Of a stretch of DNA of 64,000 nt, positions 49,605 to 60,900 are shown in pieces (position 1 is the stretch's first letter; every line of letters begins with the position of its first letter). The notes beneath the pieces are model-generated. The model was not told the DNA's origin and ran no database searches. It saw only the letters and a list, made by a program, of their open reading frames with translations. The stretch is from NCBI GenBank assembly GCA_051362555.1, contig CM120647.1, positions 14,980,651-15,044,650 of the forward strand. Reading direction: 5' to 3'. Made by a program: the position numbers and the translations under genes. This DNA comes from Lingula anatina (Eukaryota; Animalia; Brachiopoda).

Positions 49605-50103
49605 ACTCTTGCGCTGGAGTAAGCGACTGCTGGCTGCCGGTTGCTCACAAGTACGCTTCCACGATCATTGATTTCTTCTTCAGTGCTACCTTGAAGAAAA
49701 GATGACGTACTCGTGAAATAGGCCTACCGGGTTCCTTTATTAACAGCACATTCCAACATGGTTGTCTCCTTATTATATGGTGTAAGGGACGCGGTGGCGC
49801 CTCTTAGCATGTCCCACGCCCCTAGGATGTCGCAGCGCCCGCCCCCAGATTAGAAAGATTTATTATAAGGTCATATTTAAATGAGACATTAAGGTAGATA
49901 GAAATAGAACAGGTGGTGGGTAGAGAGGGAACTTAGGCAGTGGGAATAAAGCTGTTTGGAAATCCACGACTCTTGTTGCTCACTTCTTCTCGATCTGTGA
50001 ACCTAAAATCGAACCTTACAACGGCACGTAATGCGAGTCAGAACTGTCTGTCCCGTTAGCGATGCTGGGAAACCTTTTATGTACTTCGACCCTCTTGATG
50101 AGC
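49605..50103 (-). pseudogene. Decayed family fragment (Ser/Pro-rich loop region) interrupted by a solo LTR
   Basis: cattccaacatggttgtctcct, atgcgagtcagaactgtctg and atgtacttcgaccctcttgatgagc match A2 at 8411-8430, 8449-8468 and 8688-8711. Confidence 0.75.
49781..50020 (+). mobile_element. Solo LTR, 240 bp
   Basis: TGTAAGG...CCTTACA inverted ends, flanks ATGG/ACGG (4-bp TSD with one mismatch), internal AATAAA near 49945; interrupts a gene relic. Confidence 0.7.
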
Positions 50104-51119
50104 TTTATTTTGGAATATTGTTATACTTTATTATCATCCTGATACCGAAAATGTTTTTTTTCCTGCATCTAATTATTCAGTATTTAGCATTTATCTTTGT
50201 GTTGATTTAAAGCAATAAAAAAACTAAAAAAAAAAAAATAATAAAATAAAATAAAATATCGCCATTTATATTTCTCTTTACAATGTATAGGAGCACAGGC
50301 AACTCAAAAATTTAATCATCAATTTAACACCTTTCTATGTTGAGGTGAGATAACAATATTGGTATGGGAAGTATCTTCATCCATGAACAAGATTTTATCA
50401 CGAAAATTGGCAGAGTTAACCGGGAATGAATGGGCTACAATCCTGTTCTGTCATTTTGGTTTAAATGTTTTTATTATGGAGTTATGAGCTCCTAATTAAA
50501 GATTTTCATTAAAAATAGGCCCTGCTACTGTAGTAGGCCCTAGGCATAGGCCTATCATATAATATTTTGCTTTATCAACGCTAAAATCAGATCTGAACTA
50601 CATGTACTTAAGACTTTTAAAAACTGGCCAGCAGTTCTAAATAGTGTCATTACATCGGTGTTGAAACGTTGATCGTGGGTGCTGGGGTAAAGGAGAAATT
50701 TGAGAAACCGTTTTTTTTAGTTTTTACCCCAAAATCGAAATTATGACGTCGCCAGTAAGATGACATATGTGTAGATGTTAATTATATTAATTTACTGAAC
50801 CATGAAGGTATCTATTATCATAAAGAATGTATGTAAGGAAGTAATTAAAGAGTTTGGGGCGAAGGGTGACAATTAATATTCTTATAGGCTACTAGGCCTA
50901 CATAGGCCTATATAGCGCTTTCAATACACGGTAGGCCTACATGCATTTTTCCCGTAAACCATGGAAAGATTTAAAGTTTTAAAAGGTCATGAGTAGAAGA
51001 AAAACGATACTGATATTTTATAAGAATTTTTATTCTTTGTCGTGTAAAAGCCATCTACGTGGCCAAGTATTGTAAGGAGGTGCAGACGTTTGTATCGTGT
51101 GCTGTGAAATGCGCTGTGC

Positions 51120-51200
51120 TAAGCTGCGAGACTGGCGCCTCTTGAATAAAAGTACGCATGCGCATTTGCTGGGGCGCATTCCACCATTTTGATTTTACCG
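51120..51200 (+). promoter_or_regulatory. Probable PRDM gene promoter
   Basis: Local CpG richness, NRF1-like ACGCATGCGCA (51153-51163), YY1-like CCATTTT (~51184), downstream donors CAG|GTAAAC (51300) and TTG|GTAAGT (51616). Confidence 0.5.
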
Positions 51201-51631
51201 TTCCTAACTTGGAAATCTTATTAATTTATGGTCTTTTAAAGGAGACATTCAAGTGAAAGTCCGTTCTGTTGCGGAATAATGCTTTATATCTATCTGCAGG
51301 TAAACTATGTTGATTATATTTTGCGTGATTTTTATAAAGAAAGACTGCCGTCGGACTCCGTCCAATTTCCATGCACGCCATTTTTGTGTATCTCGATCCG
51401 TGTTTTTACTTTACTGAAAGTTTCCGCGAAAATATGAGCAGACGGATTTGTCTTAAGGAGGTTAAATAATAAAACAAATATCTTATTGAAGATTAAAAGA
51501 AACCCCGGGTCGATATTGACTGTTTGTGGTTTGGGAAGGGTTTTTAGCAGTGTTGGCTGTTGGAATTTAACTTGTTTGTACATTTAACTGAAATAAAGAG
51601 CCAGACAAATCCTTGGTAAGTTGCCCCTCCC

Positions 51632-51686
<55 letters not shown>

Positions 51687-51849
51687 TTATTTAGAGAGAT
51701 GCAGTAGTATTCACCATCTAGCAAATGGCTCATAATATGTTATCATTCCTGAACATATTGCCAAAGATGTGAAACTATGTAATATTTATACTTTGATTTT
51801 AAATTTAGTCCACAGTAATACAGAAGAGACATAAGTAAAGAAGAACAAT

Positions 51850-54800
51850 ATGGATGTTGAAGTGGATCTGCAGGGTATATATAGTATTAGCTTAGAGTGT
51901 GTAATTTATAATGTTGTAATGTCCAGTAAAGTATAAATATATAACAGATAATTATAGATAATTTTTCTTGATAAATTTGTGCAAGATAAAATTTGTAATG
52001 TGTAATATATAAATATAACTGCAGCTGCATTATCTGGTGGTTAAAGATTTGATGGAATAAAATTAATTTATGGCATATTTTTTTAGGTAATTGCATTCAT
52101 TTGGTTAAAAAGTATGTGAATAGCCGTGGGGTTGGCAACCTCTTGGTTGAAAATATTAAGGGTTTAAACTATCAAAATATGATTCAGGTTCTTTAATTGC
52201 CATTTCTACTAGTAAGGGGGTTATGATAATGTTAATGTGCTTAAAGAGTTCCACATTTTTGAAATCATAATAAAAATAAAAAATTGTTATAATAATACAG
52301 TCCCCGCACCCACCCACCCTTTGATATTGCTGGCTATACAGGCCTGAATTAAGTCTTTTGTGGATATCGTCTTATTTGAGTTTTATTTCATACCACTAGG
52401 TTGTGATGTTTGTGGAGGCAGTCATGACACAGAACAGTGCCCAGAGCTTGGACTGGAAACAACAGAGGAGGACCCCCTCTCTATGTGAGTAAAATACATG
52501 GGCAGTGCCAGGGAGGGCAGTGGATTCGTGTCCTCTTTTCCTGGATTTTTTCTTGTTTCTTTATTATTAAGTAATTTTTTACAGGATACAGGATACCCGT
52601 GAAGTCAAGTTTTTCATGTATTTTCACACTTCACCATCTCTATTTTTAAAAACTTATGACTATCATAATAATTTTATTTCATTTTCTTTTTTAAAAAAAA
52701 AGATACATAGCAACAGCACAAGCAACTTAAAGCAGATTATTAAATATTATTTATTGCACTCTACCAATTACCCTTGCAACTCAACTTCTATCATTTGATA
52801 TCTATTTAAAATTTCTTTTAACTCTTCGGCACAGCTTCTTCAGCAAAATTCAAAGCATGCTTATCATCTTTTTATGTACAGACACAGATGTGTCTGTACA
52901 TATAGCCGTCATCTGCGTCTGTCGTTGCCGTCGTCGCCGTCGTTGTCGCCGTCGCCGTGCACTTTTACCGATAACACGATAAGTGGAAAACTGTTTTTTC
53001 TTTTTGTTTGAAACTTACAGAACTGATGAATATTCATAATACGCAGGTCGAGCTCGAAAATCAGCATGATCGGGTCACTTATATGGAATTTATGCTGTTT
53101 TTTCACTTTTTTCAGCATATATGCAGCACCGATAACACGATAAGTGGAAAACCATTTTACCTTTTGGCTTGAAACTTACAGAACTGATGAATATACATAA
53201 TACGGAGATCAAGTTCGAAAATCAGCGTGATTGGGTCATTTTTAGTGAATTTAGGCTATTTTTTCTCTTTTTTCAGCATATGTGCAGCACCGATAACACG
53301 ATAAGTGGAAAACCATTTTACCTTTTGGCTTGAAACTTACAGAACTGATAAATATTCATAATACGCAGGTCAAGTTCGAAAATCAGCACGATCGGGTCAC
53401 TTATAGGGAATTTATGCTGTTTTTTCACTTTTTTCAGTATATATGCAACACTGATAACACAATATAAGAAAAACAGATCGGCCAATTGTCATTATACTCA
53501 CAGGAGGGGCCAATCTTACTAAAACGCAGGTTGAGTTTGAAAATCAGCATAATCAGTTCATTATTTTAGAAGTTATGCTGTTTTTTCACATTTCCTCACA
53601 TTCAATTCTTAGGCATGTTAACAGTCTCATTATTGAACTAATAAGATACGTAAAAGTGTTTGTTTGACATTTCCTGCATCTTTACAACATTGTTAGTTGA
53701 TTTTTTAAAAATGATGGTAAACTTGTTATCATGTATTGTGTAATAAAGTGTCAAAAATGGAAATAAACTCATATCATTGCAGTTTGTCAGATGCATTCAT
53801 CCACTATGTTCAGAATCTCAGAATGGAGGAAGTTGGACATTTAAAGGGTTTGCTTCATGCCGTCAGAATGGCCTGAACGGAACATATTCTTCAGAAAACA
53901 TGCCCAACTAACGATATCTTTATCCAAATACACAAATTAAAAGCTCATTTTGTAAATTTTTGGCTTTAAAAAACGTCCTATTTGCTCGGCCTGGGAGTTA
54001 ATGAGCTACGTGGTCACGTGGTCCAATGACGACAATCGAGCCACTGGAGAACAGAGCGTGCTTAGCTGTCAAACTGAGCTGCATTGTCTACCTGTAAGAT
54101 GACTTCTCTGGCTTCTGATAAAAGTTTATACTCATTCAAATCTCTTACCCGAGGGGTCTAAATCCTCGTGAAGCTGTGTAAAACCATTTTCCGTCTAGTC
54201 ATTTTTTTAACAAGCATTTCATTATGGTTATCCCAAGTTGTATAAAACACTGCATTTGAATGAGTTAAGGGAAATGTTGATTATTGCATATGAGGTCCAT
54301 GTTATTTGTGAAATTCAATTTATTTTATTAAACCGCTGACACTCCGTCTTGCATACTTTTATTAAACTGAAGTAAACAATGCCCGTTACCTTTACAAGTC
54401 CTATCTTAATCATCCATCTAACTGGAACTTCCTTTACCTCTTAATTAGAGGGTTAAATGGCATTCAATTTGTCTAGCTTGTGTCGAACGCACTCTCTATC
54501 TAAGCTTTACTCCAGTTATCTCAGGTAAAAATCTACCTGTGCGTTAGTTACAAAGCGCAGCTCCCGTAGACCTGGGGGTACTAGATAAAATCTGAACACC
54601 AGGTTTATCGAGGAGCTAGAGAAAGAAAGGAAGAATTTTTCCTGCACAACTTCATAGGAATTTTAACACGGACTTGATCCAGCTTAGACCTCCAAACTAA
54701 CAGGGTGACATGGGCAATTTTCACAAACAAATCATAAAACTATATTTCAGTTAACCGCCTTTAAAATAAATATACCGTTCTGGGTAAATTAAAATAGTTA

Positions 54801-57800
54801 TTAAATCGCAAGAATATTTTTGACTTAAATGATGATTTTATTATTAATGGAAATTAAGCTACTATATGAGGTACATTTGCTGTGATTACGCTGTCCTTCA
54901 TGTTTTGCGTAAGTCTACATTTTGCTGTATGTGCTTGTAATCTTTTTAAATATGTGCGTACAATTTTTGCAGGTCTGGTTATGTGATGAGAGTATTAATT
55001 TGGCAATTAGTTCCTTAGCTTATTTGAATAGAATTGCAGTGTAAAACTTTCAACAAGATGTTGGCGAAATAGCCCATTACTCTTTGTAGGTATTTCCCCC
55101 GTCAAAGTTTGTCTAAAATTATCTTTCAATCTTTACTCTTTCAAAGACAGTATAAAGTTACCTGACATATTTTCGTGTAAACTTAATGACAAGCCAAGTG
55201 TCTCCAGTTCATTCTGTACTCAATTTTACCCAAGCAAATTTTTTTCTTGAGTAGATCTTTATAGCACGGTGTTATAAGCTTACAAATTTGCAAAAAAAAA
55301 AAAAAAAAAAAATTTGCGTACTGACGCAGAATTTGCGTTTCAAGTTATAAAATGATCAATCTTTTAAATTATTTAATATTTCAGATGAAATAATCTTCAG
55401 AAACAAATCCTCAAAGCATAAACGAATTAGGATAACGAACCATTTTATTATAGCAGTTCCCATTTTTTCTTTAATATAACGCTCTTTTTCCTGTTTTTCC
55501 TCAACACGTTTTCTTCCACGGAAGCTTCAAGATACCCTGAGAGCAATTTCTTTTATTAATGTTCGCGACCGTGTTTGAACTTAATTGTTTAAGTGTTGAT
55601 ATTTAACGTCATTTACAAATACCAATAAAATAACCCCATGAAATAAAGGAGATATATTGAAAAATATGAAAGCCCACCAAGACGAGTTTCATACCTGTTA
55701 TTACCTGGCTTGGTTATTGCAGCGGTGCATAATTAACAGGTTTGTTGTAAACGAGCTTTTGGTCAACTACAATGCATTTAAAATGCATCAGCAATCAGTA
55801 AGTTTGCCAACTGATGACAGTTAATCTGAAAGACTACCAGCTCTTGATATGATCTAAACCACCTGAGGTGACCATGATCTAGAGCATCGCAACTATTGTC
55901 ACCGAAGTTAGTAAGTAAGTCACGGTAGACCGTCATAGACAAAGAAAGATTGTCAACGAGAGCTGCAATTTTGGTGAATCCCACGGCAACACACCGAGGG
56001 ATAACGAAAATTCCTCAACTCCGTTCAACACAACTTTCATTAACTTCTCCGTCTGTATGCACCATGGAGCTCAGTTGAGTGTCATAGACCTTTATCGTGA
56101 TTGTCGTCACAGTACCACGTGACCCAGATCTGTTGCTTCATTTTTGCATATTGAGGTGAGGTTTACTAAAACGCTTTTTTTCTACTAATAGATTGTTTTT
56201 ATAATTTTTAAATGGCGGGGATCGATTAAAACATACCTCTAGTGTATAGATTGAGTGCTGTATCTTCAAAATTCGAGAAATGGATTTTTACATGAACATT
56301 GTCCTTTAACACTGTTCTATTGATACTTTTCCCATCTCATCAATTTTCTTCATTGGTCATATAAAAATGGCAGTAAACTGTTTATTTTGTTTTATGTTAA
56401 AAAAGTGTTAAAAATGGAAATAAACCCATTTCAGAACAGTGCTGTCTTGTTTACATTTTGGCATTTTCAATATGTGACTTTGAAGTTCCATGGGCCTGAA
56501 GACTTTTGCTTGTCACATTTTCTGAATAACTATGATGCTAATATTTTATAATTACAAATTGATGGTCATTATGCTGTAAAACATTATGTAATATTCCATC
56601 AAAATTTGAAGAAACCCCTATTTTGGGCACTGCTCCCATGATGACCATTTAAGGAAAATCATGTCACTTACTGTTCTCAAACTTACAGGAAAGAAACATG
56701 GGACTAAAATACAGCTTCAGTAGGCAATGCAGACTGTTTGGTAAATTTTTCTGGCAATTAAACAGTTTTTTGTGAAAATTTAATTTTTCACATATTGGCA
56801 TTTCCAAGGTGTGACTTAGAACCTCCACGGGCTTGAAGACCCATGCTAGTCACATTTTGTGAAAATTCATGACACTTATATTTTATTATTAAAAATCAAT
56901 GGTCATTATGCTGTTAAGCATTATGTAATGTTGCATCAAAATAGAAGAAAACACAATTTTTGGTGCTGCTGCCTTGATGACCATTATGGGAAAACCGTGT
57001 TACTTATGACTGTCAAACTTTCAAAAAAGAAACACAGGACTAAAATGCAGCCTGAGTTAGAAAAGCAGTCTAATTGGCTTCTTTTTCTGGAAGTTATACA
57101 TTTTAGTGTAATATTCATTATCTTTTTGGCATATTCATTGTGGGACTCGGAGCTCCCATGGACATGAAGCCAAATGGTAATCATATTTTCTACATGTCCA
57201 TCCTATTTATATTCAATAAACAAAAATTGGTGATAATTATTCTCTAATTTATTATGTAATGTTACATCAAAATTGACAACAATCTTTTTGCACTGCTAAT
57301 GCAAACATTATGAAAAGAAAACTGTGCCACTTATTATAATTTTAAACTTACAAGTACGATTTTTAGGATTGGCCTTCAGCTCATGAGAAAACCAGCTCTA
57401 TTGGATTATCATGTTGATTGTATTTATGCATTTTTTGTGAAATTTTCATTTTTCTCATTCTGGCACTTTCTAAGTATAAACTTGAACTCTGATGGGCCTG
57501 GAGCCTTATGCTTTTACTTTCGTCTGTGTGACCTGTTGTGCATAAGTTGATGTTGACTGTGCAGTTAAACATAATGTATTATTGCATCAGGATTGGTAGT
57601 CTCCTATTTTGGGCATTATGGTTTTGTGCTTTTCTTAAGGTGTGACTTATGGGCCTGAAGACCTTTGAGTGGGTCAGTCTGTAAATTACCCTTGGGTATC
57701 ACTAGATTAATTTCAGAGTTATAAAGTCATTTGCTTTAATAGGCCATTAAATGAGATTACATAAAGCACACTTGTTGATATTTCCCTGTAAACTCCCAAA

Positions 57801-57886
57801 GGTAAAGCTCTCTGCTAGATTAATAATAAGGAAGCAGTGATAATTATGCAGGTAAATTTTGTTTAATATTGCAAATAAGTTTAAAA

Positions 57887-57978
<92 letters not shown>

Positions 57979-60900
57979 AACTGGAAGATTAAAAGTTTGA
58001 ATAGCATCTTCATTGGAATTATATTTACCTCAAGCTCTGCCAAGGAGGTTATATTTTCACCCCTGTTTGTCTGTCATCCACATAACACAAAAAAGTTATG
58101 GACCGATTTTGCAGAAATTTTCAGGAACTGTCGGAAGTGGGCCAAAGAGGACAATGATTAATTTTTGGTGGTGGTCCGGATCAATTATCAATCAATTATC
58201 AATAATAATCAACAATTGCTGCCTTGGCAGAGGTCTGCACTCTCAAAGTGCTTTTCTAGTTTTGTTGTTTTCCTTTATAATTTTTTCTCAAACACTTGCA
58301 TTTGTGACTTTTAACTCTCATCTGCCTGGGGCTCTGCACATTTTCTGTATTTCTACATAAGCAGTTGTATTGTTTTTTATGTCTTTAAACATTATGTAAT
58401 ATTATTTTATGCACTGTCATCATTTTTCAAGTATTGAGACTTTCATAATGTGAATTTGAACTCTCATAGTCCTGAAACTGTAATCTTATTGAAGGGGTGG
58501 ATTGAGACCATCTTCTGGGTCTTCCGGAAGACAGTCAGGTTATTAAGTTTATATTGACTGGTATCTATTTTTTTCTGTTGGAAGACCATCAAAATGGAGG
58601 ATGGATCAACATAGATTCTTTGTAATACTGTCAGAAAATATCTCTGGGTCTGCTCCTGTTATTGACCATGTTACCTGTTGTTCAAGATTAAAATTCAGTG
58701 TTGACTGACAGTGCTATTATAAGCATTATTTATTATTGCATCAAAATTGACAAAATGACCTTTTTTTTGCATCTTTATTTTCTGTTTTTTGTCTGTACAT
58801 TTGACAGCTTTGCTGCCTTGTTTTTTGCTTATGTTTTAAATATGCATTTCAGGGCACGCCTTACCCTACCCAACAACCTGCAAGTTGTTGAATTCCTAGA
58901 CAAAGCTATAGGTGTTGCCACAAAGCAAGGGATACCTGCCAAAACCAAGCTAGGCCCCTTTGAAGCCAAGAGAACTACCATTGACTTAGATATGGAGAAC
59001 TTGTTTGTGTTGAAGGTAAATTGGTAGGGTGGTGATGTAACTTCTTATTCACAAGAAAATAAAAAAAAAAAATTTTTAAAGAATATGTAAATTCTTTGTA
59101 GTGGAGTGACAAACAGTTCATTATAAATTTGGAAGGTTATAATTCTGACATAATGCATTGTAAGTTCTTGTGTGATTCAGTTAGATTTTGAATAATTAGC
59201 AGTAATAATAAAAAGAAAAAATTAATTCTTTCAGATCTTCTCTAAAGATGGCAGCACAGTCACCTTAGACACTCGAAACGAGAGCGAGTGTAACTGGCTC
59301 TGTCTGGTACGCACCGCGGAAACCAAGCCAGAGCAGAACTGCATCGCCTTCCAGAGCGGCACGGAGCTGTACTATATGAACACCAGGCGACTGGACGCGA
59401 ACGAGGAGTTGAAGGTGTGGTACGCCCCGCATTATGCCAAAAAACTTGGGAAGAGTGCAGAGCCTGATGGGGTGACCAAAGGTAACTTAAATTGTTTACC
59501 AACAGGGGTGGATCCAGAGATTTTTCTGACAGTCTTCCATATTATATTGGTCGATCCAATCTCCATTTTTTGACCGACTTCCAACAGAAAAAAATTAGAT
59601 ACCCATCAATGTAAACTTGAAAATCTGACCGTCTTCTGGAAGACCCAAAACATGGCCTTAATCCACACCTGACCAATTTATTTATGTATGATTCTTTTCA
59701 ATTAGTTTCATCAGCCATTGGAATGTGATGTATTAACTTCCTAGTATCTCCTGTGACTATGTATGATTCTTTTCAATTAGTTTCATCAGCCATTGGAATG
59801 TGATGTATTAACTTCCTAGTATCTCCTGTGACTATGTATGATTCTATTATAGGTTTTGGTGTCAGTGAAAAATCAAAAAAAAATTAAAGTGAAGTACTCT
59901 TCCTGTCAACTGTCTTGTCTGATCTGTCTACTAGTATTTATCTCTGAATGATTTTTGGAAAACTGTTTTAACTTGTAATTTCACAGGTGTATTCCCGTGT
60001 ACTGTTTGACTTCTGTTGTTTAATAATTGTGGTTTTTGTTTTCAGCACTGCTTGGTTTGGATATTAACTGGCAGGCTAATGAAGCTAGTCCAAATAAGAA
60101 TACAGCACATGGTAAATATTTTCTTCATTATTACAATTATTTACTCATTTTAAAGATTGTCATAGTAATAATAATAATTCTTATTATTATTATGACTTAT
60201 GTTTATTTGTATCGCCAAAGTTGTGGCAGTAGCTGAAGCAACAGTAGAAACGGATATTAAATGACAATGGTTGAAATGAGATAGCAGCAGATAAATTAAA
60301 ATTTGTGCTTCGAAGATATCAATTTACATGTATTTCATATAATTATCTTTTTATCATAAAAAAAAATGATAAAAAAGACAAAATGAATGGCCATGATAGT
60401 AAAAAAAATACTCTTTACTTATATATTTTTTATAACCAAAAGAATGATGAAGAAACACCAACTATTAATATTTGTATTGCCCTGTCCCTTTTGTATTTTT
60501 TCAAAAGTTATTGTATATTTAATACACAGTACACGTGCACAAGCATGCACTGACAGAACTTGGTACTTGTAAATTATTTCCCTGTATATTTTTCCAGGAG
60601 AAGGGGAAGCCTCTATGTTGTACATATGCCAGCTGTGTGAGATATCCTTCAATTCTGAATCTGAGTTCAGGCAGCACTTGCTGGAGCTGCACAATATGGC
60701 GCTAACTGAGGAACAGGAGGGGCAACAGGATGGGATGTAGGTTTTTCTTTCGAAATTTGAAATTATCTAACCAATTATGGCGATTACTTGATTACAATTT
60801 CCTTTTTACCTTGAACAGACAAAAATTTGACCTTTCTTTCAATTGACATCACTTAACCAACTTGCCTGAACTTTTTTTAACATTTTCTTTAATAATGAAG

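Noticed and set aside
50280-50900. Possible additional MITE upstream of the PRDM promoter
   Set aside because: Repeat-like composition, but I could not define TIRs, a TSD or a second copy.
57747-58161. ORFs with (YI)n tracts, and poly-N/L/I ORFs at 30222-30510 and 39237-39476
   Set aside because: Translations of (TA)n and (TAA)n microsatellites.
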